From Octopus sinensis (taxonomy: Eukaryota), in contig NC_043018.1 of assembly GCF_006345805.1 (NCBI RefSeq), positions 11,842,001 to 11,906,000 on the forward strand: DNA of 64,000 nucleotides, read 5' to 3'. Each line of letters opens with the position of its first letter. Position 1 is the first letter of the stretch. Positions 1-12,700 of the stretch are shown here, one piece after another. Made by a program: the position numbers and the translations under genes. The notes beneath the pieces were generated by a model. It was not told the DNA's origin. It ran no database searches and worked only from the letters and a program-made list of their open reading frames with translations.

Positions 1-596
1 CTGGTCTAGGAATTGAAACCACAATCTTATGCTCATGATGCTGACACCCTAACAACTAAGCCACGCGCCTCCACTATATAAAGTGATCTAAATTAAAAGC
101 TTCCATTAAAATTTCCATCAAAATTTATATCCCAAACAGTATCTTAATAATGTCAAAGTTATTTCATAAAATTCTTCATTATTTTCAAAATTAACTGAAA
201 CAGTGTTTTTCAACAAAAATAGGGTAACAAAAGCATCAAACTTTTTAAATACTTTACTGTTATGGCGAGAGTCATTGACACCCCCTTGTAAGAATGGACT
301 AGCCGGACTCATATAAGTAGCAGCATGTTTCACTGATTGGGCAAATGAGAAAATCGCAGGAAGTCATAAAGCATCGTTTGAGAGTTCCTGGAATCACAGG
401 AAATTGTTGAGAGATTGTTTTGGAGTTGTTACATTGTTTGGCAGAGTACTTGGGGATATATCAAGTGGAGACAGTTTGTATCTTCCCCCGTTTCGTAGTA
501 TTGTACATTCCACTGTCATAGGGTGCAAAAGTGACGTACAGTAATCACTTTATAAAACTTACCATTTTGAGAACCAAACTTCTTTCTTTGTGTCAG

Positions 597-704
597 GAAA
601 CTGAAGAGCAATTTGAAAACCACCAAAGTTGAAGAACTACAAGTTCAGGTAGAAACACTTCACCAGGAAATTGTACGTCTACAGAATTGCAACAGTGAAC
701 AGAA
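597..704 (+). CDS. IQCE: IQCE-like exon (KLKSNLKTTKVEELQVQVETLHQEIVRLQNCNSEQ)
   Basis: tgtcag|G acceptor, AA|gtaag donor, 108 nt, phase 2-2. Confidence 0.88.
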
Positions 705-3700
705 GTAAGAATAAATTACTGAAACATAATGGTTTGTGTATTGGTTGTTTTTTTTTTTTCTGCTCTGGATTCAGCCAACTGGAAATAGCAGTCAAATTTC
801 TCTCAAAACACACCTGACTGTCTCAAATATAGAAGAACATATTGAATCATGGTATCTAAGACATAATATGTTTGCAAAAAAACAAAAAGCCAGACATGGC
901 TGAGATTAGAAACAATGAAACTATAAATATTAGTAACTCTATCTCTGTCTGTCTCTCTCTCTCAAAATATACCCCAGGTTTTAATTAACACCTGGTTTTA
1001 TATGCTTATGGAGTGAAAATAACAGACTATCAGCTCATGAATTGCGAGTTCAAATCTACTGCTGGTATTTTACTGTTCTTTTCAAAACACTATTCTGAAT
1101 TGCCACAGTTCTAGAAATCAGAAATAGGTACAGGATTGCTGGGGAGTGTTACCTTTGATGAATTGATGCCCTGTCCAGCTTAAGATGTATCTGTCATCTA
1201 CTTCACACATAAACATTGGGCAAATCACTGACTCTAATGAGTCTTTCAGGGCTCAAGATATATATTTTTTATATATATTTGTTTTCAAATCTGAACCATT
1301 ACTGTTACCAAAATGTTCAACAATATCTTATTCAAGCCAACAAGAGAATGTCTATATGATTGCTTGACCTGCTAGAAATAGTAACCAAATGTTGCTCAAA
1401 TCATACTCCTTTTAAAAAAGGAAGTGCACATTGATCGTCCTGGAAATACAAAAGGATGAAATGGTCAAGATTGAAACGTTTTTAATCATAGATGTGCTCA
1501 GTGAGAACTGACCTGGTGTTAAATGACAAAAATATATGTTTTGACCTCTCCATCTTTCATCTTTGTTCAAAGTGGAAATATTGTGTCTTACTCTTTAAAA
1601 CTTATATTTAGGTTCTTTAAAAAAGAGAGTGGGAACAGTACGAAAATGAAAGCATTGAGTGACACTGTTCTGTGTTTGAACCAGACTTTGGAACAACTTC
1701 GAAATGAAAATCAGTCTTTGAAAGAAGATTTGGTTGAAGCTCTTGAAAACACAAGCCAAAACAAGGTTTCGAAAAGTTTGAACCAAAATAAAACTAACTC
1801 TGAAACAATCAGTAAGTATTTCTGGTGCTTATGTATGGTCTTTACTTTTTTATTTTCAGTTTTCTCATTTCTGGAATGGTTTATTTACACGGATGCCCAA
1901 ATGTATTAGATTACACCTAAGAAAAATCAAAATCCATTTATCTATTTAAACAAACTTACTCCATCATGCAAATTGCTAATTTTCCCCCACAATGATATAA
2001 TCTCCTTTTGTCTCTTCTGCTACTTCTACTACAGCCTCTTCACATCAAAATATTCTCCTCTCAGTAAACCTGGCCAGTTAAAATACAACTGGCCAGGTAT
2101 TGTGTGGGACCACAAGGAAAAGATATGTTCTGTTGTGGAAATAAGCAACCCTCTGGACACCAATGTAGTTAGAAATAATATAAGAAAAAGAGGACATCTA
2201 CGGACCATTGGTAAGGAGTTTGCAAGTCCAGTGCCCAAGAGGACATCTACAGACCATTGGTAAGGAGTTTGCAAGTCCAGTGCCCAAGAGGACATCTACA
2301 GACCATTGGTAAGGAGTTTGCAAGTCCAGTGCCCAAGATAAACTTTCAGTGTGGTCACTTGCCACATCTTTGATGTTTTGAGCTGTCTGAGATGCATCGG
2401 TTCCACAATGGAACTCATATTCATATTCACAAATTTTTGATCTACCCATGGGTTCACAAAAATTGATTTACAAGAGAAAACTCACAATATAATCAGACAC
2501 CATGAATTGCATTTCAGAAAGTGATGATGTTCTCTTCAATACAGTTCTATATTATCCATCAAATGTAAATAATGTACTCTTCAATGTTGTAAAACAAAGA
2601 ATTGTCAGGATAAAACATTAGATTTGATGACTGTCAAACTTGGTGCATAAGAAAATCAGACATTCCATTCTTAATGACCTGATATATATCTCTCTTTCTG
2701 TATTTTTTCACCCATCCATGCATGAGTAAACATTTATTGGCAGTTGATTGATATTCATCTCTAATAAACCAGTTTGTTGACAGTTGATTTATTCACTTCT
2801 TTGATCGATTCTACCTTTCAGAAGACCAAGAAGACATGAAGCAACATGAACTGTTGACCGTCATTGCTGAACAAAAGAAAGTGAGAATCTCTGTTCATAT
2901 TTAGCTTCCCTCAAACTCTTATTTAATTGTCATCATCATCATCGTTTAACGTCCATTTATTTTGTATTATATCAAATTATGTATATAATGTTACAGATGC
3001 CATATCACATCTTAATATATCACATTTCATTGTTTCATATCATGTTTCAGATTATTAAAGATTTTGAAAGAGAGAAGGCAGTCTTGGAGGATTATCTTGA
3101 AAACAAGCCTTGGAGCAATGTTCCTGGTAAATGTTTGACATTTCAGTCTCTATCTTTTACTATTTTTGGTCCATGACATCCAATTACAGTGGTATCAAAC
3201 TGAATTAATAGTCCACTTTAATCACTAGACACATAATTCTGAGCTATTGTTTTACAGCCAGACCCCCTTCCTGTCACTAACCCATGCATATTTTTTCAAG
3301 TAAGGGAGTTTTACATTCCATTTGTTTCAAAAGTGCAGAGCTACCAGACCATTTGTTGATAGAGAAAATGTCAACAAACATCGCAGTCTAAAGATCTGTG
3401 ATTTCCATATGAAGCACAGAAGGTAAACATTCACACAGACACACAGATGCTTCGCAAACGTAATCACATACAATCCACTTGTGATTTAACATTTTATAAC
3501 ATGCGTTGTCATTTCACCATTTTTTTTTGTCAGGTAAAATTCAGGTCCAGGGTTCCATAGTTGAGCAACTGGAGCAGCTTGACAAACAAGAAACTCATTT
3601 ACTGGAAGAATTGCAGAATATGAAAAAACTCAAGAAACAAATGAAAAGTGAAAGAAATCACTATAAGAAAAAGAGTGAAGAATTTGAGTGAGACACATTT

Positions 3701-6700
3701 ATTTTCCCCATTCATGTCATATTTTTTGCACTTTTACGTGTATTTCTTCATGCTAGCTGGCATTAAACAGATGTATATTATTGACATGCCCTTTCTCTTG
3801 GCTTCCTGAAAAAGCTGTCAAGATAAGACATTACATATTTGATATATATATTACGGAGATGTACTTGCATAGCGAGTGACTTGATCTGAGATCGTGTGCT
3901 GGAACAAAAACAATTGCAGCGTGGAAGGTGTTTATAAGCCATTTAAGAAACACACAAAAACTGTTAGATTCACTTCAAAATTTAAATTTAATTTGTCAAA
4001 ATATTTTCATCGCTTTGAGACCGCAGCCTGTTCACTGACAAAACTTTACCATTATTGTTGTTATTAAACTAATGATGATAATAATAATAATAATAATAAT
4101 TCGTTTTTGTTTTAGAAAGAATTATTACCATCATTAGTTTTATATCCCTTTTTTCATGTTGGCTTTAAACTTTGTGTCTGAAATTTCTAAGAGAAAAACA
4201 CTTGCCTCACAGAAGAATACTTTCAGACTCTTAGTTTGTCACTGATTCCATTATACAAGTAATCATTAAACTTTTTTGCTAAAATTCTCTTTGGCAGATT
4301 AGATTGTCAGAAATTGCAGCTGACCATAAAAGAACTGGAACTAAAGCTCAAACTTGACAACAAAGCTACAAATTCTTCATTGAGACACAGATCAAGGTAT
4401 TAACCCCTCTCTCCCCCTTATTATTGCTTTGCTCAGGAAATGGTTGCGATTAGTGGTTGAGTACATGGAAGCCTTATTTGATGTTTATAACCTATTTGTT
4501 GGTTTGTAATGCAGTTTGTATGTCTGTAGAAAATGCTTATGGTCATAGGTTGATATATTAAAAAAGTTTTGGGGCTAAATATAAACGTATGATCATTTCT
4601 TTGGGCTGTTATATATAAGAATATAAAACAATGGTATAAGTCATTTGACTGTTGCCATGCTGGGGCACTGCCTTGAAGGGTTTTAGTCAAACAAACCAAC
4701 CCCAGGACCTATTTTTTCTAAGCCTAGTACTTATTCAATCGGGGACATAAACACACCAGCACCATTTATCAAGCACTAGTGGGGAACAAACACAAAGACA
4801 CACACACATACACAATAGGCTTCTTTCGGTTTCTGTCTACCGAATACACTCACAAAGTTGTGGTCAGTCTGAGGCCATAGTAGAAGACACTTGTCCAAGG
4901 TGCCACACAGTGGGACTGAACCTAGAACCATGTAGTTGGCTTGGAAAACAAAATAAATACTAGGGTCCCCAGCAAGGCTCCAGTCTAATGACTAAAATGA
5001 TATATATCACTGGCAGGGAGATGACTCGCTGCTATTTCTAGCAGTCAAGCGTTCATCATTGACAAGATCAAGGAAGGTCAAACTCATGTGATCTGATGGT
5101 TTGAGTGCTGGAGGTTGCAGAGATTTATCTCCCTGTTATAAACAAGAGTGAATTTTGCACCAAAAGTCCACATGCAAGTTTCTCTCATGGTATCTATCAC
5201 AGTTATTGTTCGTTCTAACAGAAAATCCACTTTCAAATGGGGAGAAATATTAACTCTGCACCATGATTATAGTCTCTACTAGCTTAAAATCCAAATTCCA
5301 TGTAGACTTTTCTGATAGCTCAAAGAGAGACTTGCAAAGACCCTCCCAGCATTAATCTGTAAAGGATGGAAACATCAGCTGCAGCATCAGATGGAAGATC
5401 CTTTCTGAGACCAAACTCCTATACTAATGGATCAAAGAAGATGTTCCATACGCTCGCTTGAAAAACTATCTTTTAAAAAAAACTTGAGAACCTCCAGTGA
5501 CTGTGTAAACAGCAGGAGAAAGATATTTTATGTCTACACTTTAAAAAATAGATCTTGGCAGAAATAAAGGCTAAACACGGGACACGTCATCAACATTTCC
5601 AGTTTTTTACTTTCCGTAATTTTCATAATTTACTGGTTATATATAATGTGAAATTAATTATCTCCCCTATGTCTTCTAAATATGCATGTGCATCCACCGC
5701 CTGACTGGCCCCCGTGCCGTGGCACGTAAAAGGGCACCATTCGAGCGTGATCGTTACCAACGTCGCCTTACTGGTGCCTGTGCCGGTGGCATGTGTAAAA
5801 AGATTCGAGCGAGGTCATTGCCAGTACCACCTGACTGGCCCCTGTGCCGGTGGCATGTAAAAGCACCCACTACCCTCTTGGAGTGGTTGGTGTTAGGAAG
5901 GGCATCCAGCTGTAGAAACTCTGCCAGATCAAGATTGGAGCCTGGTGCAGCCATCTGGTTCACCAGCCCTCACTCAAAATCGTCCAACCCATGCTAGCAT
6001 GGAAGGCGGACGTTAAACGATGATGATGATGATAGTTACAAAACAATCTTGTTGTCTTTAACAGCTTGATAAATGGTGAAATGTATACTTTGGCCAGGAA
6101 CCCTGGGTAGTTGCATTCCACCAGGCTTTTTGTGGTTTTGTTATAAGGCCTTTACCCTCTTCACTGATCAAGTGTTATATAATCTTACAACAGTCATCAT
6201 CATCATCATCATCAAACATCTGTTTTCCATGATGTCATGGATTGGACAGTTTGACAGGAGCTGGTAAGCCAGAGGGCAGCACCAGTCTCCATTTGTCTGT
6301 TTTGGCATGGTTTTTATGGATGGAGACCCTTCTTAATGCAAACCATTTTACAGAGTATACTGGGTGCTTATTACATAGCACCGGTATGGGTACTGTTTAT
6401 GAGGTGCCAGCACAGGTGTTAATTATGTAGTGCTTGGACAGGTGCTAATTATGTGGTGTCAGCATGGGTGCTTATTACATAGCACTGGTATGGGTACTTT
6501 TTACATGGTCCCAGCACCCACAGGGCTATTGTCATGACACTGGTTCAGTTGCTTTTTACATGGCACCAGCACCCACAGGGTTGCCAAATAGCTTGCAAGA
6601 CAAGAACATTTCAACTGAGAGAAGGAGGGGGATGAAGAGAAGTGTGTGTGTACCAGGCAGGAATGTTATAGAGGGACCAGGGCTAGCTGTCTTATTTCAG

Positions 6701-9700
6701 CTTGACAAAAAACAAAACAAACAAATATGTATATATGTAGACAACCTAACATAACAACCATTCAATATAGGCATGTATGTATAAATATACAAATGAGAAT
6801 ATAGATATGAATACAATTATGTAATCACTTCCATTAGATTGAATCTGCCATCTTTATTAAACATAATGAACAAACTATTTAAAAAATATGAATTATCCAT
6901 GTAACGTTGTTATGGTTTTTAGAATTTGATCCAGAACAATCCAAAGAGAAATGTAATTCTCATCAGCTTGGACCTGTAACTAGTTTGATAAGTGCCAATG
7001 CACGAAACTCTAGGCTGTTGAGTCACTCTGTTCCTTCAGCTAAATATTAATAAATATACTCATGGAGTGGTTGGCGTTAGGAAGGGCATCCAGCTGTAGA
7101 AACACTGCCAGATCAGACTGGAGCCTGGTGCAGCCTTCTGGCTTCCCAGACCCCGGTCGAACCGTCCAACCCATACTAGCATGGAAAACGGACGTTAAAC
7201 GATGATGATGATGATATGTTAATGTGTGTATGTTAATGATTTCAAAGAACTTATATTTGTTTCATTTTCTTTTCAGAACCTCTCCCACTTCTGAGAACCA
7301 TAATTCTCGAAGAAATAGTAAGACAAAACATAAGTCTGTTGAAAATATAAAGAAATTAAATGAGGAAAAAGAAATTGTCAGCCAAGAACCTGTAAGAATA
7401 TATTTCTATTTCTTTTAAATCACTGTTTTTTGTGTTTGCTTTTGGTTAACTGGTAAAAAGTTTATTGATTTAGCTCTCATCTTAGTGAAAAAACCACCAT
7501 TGAGAATTAAAACCGTTTGGACTTAATGAGAATGAGATTACACGATGTTCATACTTTTTGCAAATTCATTTGTGATGTAAGTGAAATGATAATTATTAGA
7601 AGGTTACAGATTTAACTTGTCAGCATTTATTCCACCGTGTGTTACTGGAGGATTTTATCTCTGTCAATCCGTATTGCAAACATGGTCAAGTGGTTAAAAA
7701 ATTCACTTTACAAGTTCAGGGTTCTGAGTTTGATATCTTGGTCAAATGTCTTCTTCCAAAGCTTTGAATTGACCATTACATTGTGACTGAAAGCTAGTTG
7801 ACAGAAGCTATATGGAAGACCCATGTGTGAGTGTGTTTATTTGTTCCTTCTCGAGCCATGCCTGGTTCATAAGGGCCGGTTTCCCGGTTTCTTGGCATAT
7901 AGGTTTCCCACCTGGACGGGACACCGGTCCGTCGCAGGTGAGTTGCAAGATGCAGGAGGAAAGAGTGAGAGAAAGTTGTGGCGAAAGAGTCAGCAGAAGT
8001 TCACCACTACCTTCTGCCAGAGCCGCGTGGAACTTTGGTGTTTCACTCATAAACACACGCATCGCCCAGTCTGAGATTCAAACCCATGATCCCTGCAAGT
8101 CTGCTGCTCTAACCACTAGGCCATGTGCCTCCACATGTGTGAGTGTGTCTGTGTATTTGTGGATGTTTGTTTCTTTTTCTTTTTCGGTGCCATGTCCAGA
8201 ATGTCGGACAGAGGCAATCATGTCCTGCCACAATTCTTGTCTTTGTTTTCTGCAACAGTTCCACTTTCTAACGTTTAATGCCTCTTTCTTCCAACCATCC
8301 TGCATCAAGCTTCACAGCCACATCATCCTTCTCCTTCCTCTCCTTCTCCTTCCTCTGCTTCTTCTCCCTCCAGTCTTTTCAGTCTTTCCTAATTTTCCAG
8401 GCCTTCTTTCCTTATCACATAACCAAGAAATTTCAGTTTTGGGGCCTTTATCTCTTGAAGCAGTTTCCTAGTTACTAGTCTGGGTAATCACTTCTTCATT
8501 AGACACTCTGTATGTCCATGCTATCCTCAATGATCTCTTTAGGAAACCCATTTCACAGCTCTTTTTCTTTATTATAGCCACAAGGGCTCAAAGTAGAGAA
8601 GGGACAAACAAGAACAGACAGGATTCCACAGAGGGGACAATACATAAAACGAATATGAATGACCCATTACGCAGCTCCTCTCCACACACTTTCTCATTCC
8701 TGGTGAGACCAGGCCCCACGTCTTGCAACGTCTCACTGAAGGCATCAATCGCCTCTTCTGTGCATGCATAAACAATTATTTTTTATTCTTTTACTTGTTT
8801 CAATCATTTGACTGTGGCCATGTTGGAGCACCACCTTTAGTCAAACAAATCGATCCCAGGACTTATTTTTTGTACAGTCTCTTTTGCCGAACCACTAAGT
8901 TATGGGGACATAAACACACCAACATCGGTTGTCAAGCAATGGTGGGGTACAAACACAGACACATACATACATACATAATCATCATCATAGTTTAATGTCC
9001 ACTTTCCATGCTATCATGGGTTGGACGATTTGACTGAGGTCTGGTGAACCAGATGGCTGCACCAGGCTCCAATCTGATCTGGCAGAGTTTCTACAGCTGG
9101 ATGCCCTTCCTAATGCCAACCATTCCAAGAGTGTAGTGGATGCTTTTACGTGCCACTGGCATGAGGGCCAGTCAGGCAGTACTGGTAACGGCCAAGCTCA
9201 AATGGTGCTTTTTATGTGCCACATACAACAGGTTTCTTTCAGTTTCCATCTACCAAATCCACTTACAAGGATTTGGTTTGGCCTGAGGCTATAGTAGGAG
9301 ACACTTTCTCTGTCAAGGTCAATGCGAAAATCACACACTACACACCTTCCTTCCAAACACTGCTGTAAACAAGGGAAGTGAGCTAGAATGTTAACACTTA
9401 GTGCACACACACAACAGAGTTCAAGGTCAATCTTTGCCAAGCAGCTTCACTGTGTGGGCTTTAGCTTCATTACTATGGCAACAGTCCAGACACTTATTGA
9501 TCAGAGCACGCATATATGTTACAAGAGTCAATAATCAAAGAGTTACCAGCAGATCTTTCTAATGTGTTGCTGATAACAAAGCATTTCTCTGAACTTTTTG
9601 ATGATTTTCTTCCTCCTGTTTGAAAAGAGAAGTCTTTCCTAATATATTATAGGATCAATAAACAGCTTATATAAAGTAAACTAATATCTTTACTCTTTGT

Positions 9701-12700
9701 TTTCACTTAATAATTTATGTGTTTTCTTTTATAGCAAGCGACAAGCAATGAAGACGTGCTCAAACTAAGGAAAAATCATGCAGCAAAGTGTATTCAGAAA
9801 GCATGGCACCAACACGATGCTAATAAACAAGTAAGAGAAGAAGAATGTCTGAATATCCATTCTTGCCTGTTTCAGAATGAATGATAAATACATGGATTAT
9901 CACCATCATTATCATATACGTCTTCATGTTCCTACATTAATTGTATAATATTTAAAAGTCATAATGCGGTGAGCTGGCAGAAACGTTAACATGCTTGGTG
10001 AAATGCTTAATGGTATTTCATCTGTCTTTACGTTCTGAGTTCAAATTCCACCGAGGTCGAGTTTACCTTTCATCCTTTCGGGGTCAATTAAAGAAGTATC
10101 AGTTATGCACTGGGGTCGATGTAATCGACTTAATCTGTTTGTCTGTCCTTGTTTGGCCCCTCTGTGTTTAGCCCCTTGTGGGTAGTAAAGAAATAGGTAT
10201 TTCATCTGTCTTTACGTTCTGAGTTCAAATTCCTCTGAGGTTGACTTTGCCTTTCATCCTTTTGGGGTCAATAAATTAAGTACCAGTTGTATACTGGGGT
10301 CAACCTAATTGACTGGTCCCCTCCCCTAAAATTTCAGGCCTTGTGCCTAGAGTAGCAAAAAAAAAAAAGAGTAGAAAAGAATATTTAAAAGTCATATAAT
10401 ATTCCTAATCCCTTCTTCCTTCCCCAGGCAATGTGGTTTCTTTCCCCAATTCCTTCAGTGATGTCCTCTGTCTCTGCTGTAAAGCTATGGACTGATCAGT
10501 CATTACAGCTATTTATTCTTTTGCTTGCTTCTGTCACTGGAGTGTGACTATACTGGAGTAGTGCCTTCATATTTTTTTTCGTTTTTAGTCAATTATTCCA
10601 ACCCCGGTGCTTAGTCCAGTCTGATATTTCTTTATCTGTTTCCATTTATTGAACAGCTAAGTTACCTCATAATATTAAGTGCTGCAACTCCAACACACTA
10701 TTTTGCAATGTCATACACACACACACACACACACTCATACATATACACATGTTGTTTCTTCCTTCTGAAGCCACGCCTGGTTCATTAGGGCCGGTCTCCC
10801 AGTTTCCTTGGTGTATAGATTCCTCACCTGGACGGGACGCTGGTCTGCTGCAGGTGAGCTGCATGATGCAGGAGGAAAGAGTGAGAGAAAGTTGTGGCGA
10901 AAGAGTCAGCACAAGTTCGCCATTACCTTCTGCCGGAGCCACGTGGAGCTTAGGCGTTTTGCTCATAAACACACACATCGCCCAGTCTGAGATTTGAACC
11001 TGTGATCCCTCAACGACGAGTCCGCTGCTCTAACCACTAGGCCATGTGCCTCCACACATATACACATACATATATATGTGTTTGTATAAATATATATAGT
11101 CATGACCAAAAGTTTAGAACATTTTTTTAAAAAATTAGAATTATGCCCAAGTACAATTCAATTTCAATTCTATGCATCATCATCATCATCATCACCACCA
11201 TTTAACGTCCATCTTCCACGCATGCATGGATAGGACGGTTCACAAGAGCTGGCCAGTAGAAAAACTGCCCTATGCTATTGTGTCTGTTTTGGCAAGGTTT
11301 TTACAGCTGGATGCCCTTCCTAACACCAACCACCCCACAGAGTGGACTGGATGCTTTTAATGTGGCACCAGCACTGGCAGGGTCACTAAGTAACTCACAA
11401 GACAAAGACTTATGAGAGGGGAGGGGGGCATTTGTGGAGGGGAACTCGTGTCAGAGGACAAAAGGTTAGAGGGTGACAAAGAGATAGAGAGGCAGAAACA
11501 GGTGTCTTGCTATGGAGGAGGTACATGGTTACCCACTCATACATACAGGCTTACTTACACAGTAGGTTTCTTTCAGATTTCATTTAACCAATCTATTTAC
11601 AAGTCTTAGGTCAAGACTACAGTAGGAGACACTTGCCTCAGGTGCCACACTAGGGGACTGAACCCAAAACCACATGTTTGGAAAGCAAGCTTCTTAATCA
11701 TACACACACATATACAATGAACATATTGTATACCATGCTCAAGTTCTCCTTCTTCTCTTTCTCCTCCTCCTCCTCCTTCATATTCTCCCTCTTGCAATAA
11801 TTTCATCATATTTCTTTCCAACAGGCTCTGGTAATCATTCAGGGCACACTCTTAGCACATGCTGCTCGAAAGAAGTTTCTCAGACAATCCAAAAAAGAAC
11901 TCAAGTCCACCCGTCTGTGTGAAGAGGAAAACATCTTGGAGAGATCTGTAAAACTGATACAGTCAGTAGTGAGGGCTCATTACAGCAGGATAAAACAACA
12001 GCAGATCTTTAGGTAAGTATTGTTAAAAACCTTACTAATTAACAACTGGTCAATTTGCCTGGTTCACGGAAATCTAATTGTTTCATTTACCCTACTTTTG
12101 GATCAGTCAGGGTGCTTCTGTTTAGTCCCTTGACATGCCAGAAATAATAACCAAATCTCCCTAAACCTTTAAAATATAAACCAGCTATATCCAGCCTAAA
12201 TATTCCTCTTGTTTTATGTTCAAACTGGCCTGATCTAACCTCTTACACCTATCCTACAATATTGTTCTAAAAACAGACAATACCATCATTAAAATCTCAA
12301 AGCTGTGAGACAACACATAATTAATTCAAAACAATATGAATAAATAAGCATTATATTTGGCAGAATAATTTGAATGCTAAAGGGTTCAGTCCCTCTCTAC
12401 CATCTTGAGTCAGTGTTGGAGTATTTATGTGACAAAATTACTTGCAAGAGAGAGCAGTTAAAGTCTTTCTCAAATCGCACCCTACAGGTCAGCACCCAGA
12501 ACTGTCAGAAACATATTTTCATGATTAGAATTATCAAAGCATAGAATAAACTACCCATGTTTGATGTTTGCTGCCAAGACCCAACATCCTTCAAAAGTTC
12601 CTTACTTCCTGAAATTTGCCAACTCTACTTCTGATGTTCCTGTGCACCTTTTATTCTGCGTACTATGTATGTACTTCTAGTTTTCATTTTTTTCTTGACT

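Noticed and set aside
5040-5520. Coding-like stretch in an IQCE intron
   Set aside because: It has multiple stops in all frames and no usable splice phase; probably an old retroelement fragment that I could not classify
7812-8471. 219-aa ORF as a gene
   Set aside because: It reads through a SINE, a microsatellite and the antisense of a LINE fragment; no splice or domain support
9965-10060. tRNA genes at SINE heads (also 8080-8142, 41004-41070, 50208-50275)
   Set aside because: A/B boxes are present, but there is no full cloverleaf and each continues into a repeated SINE body
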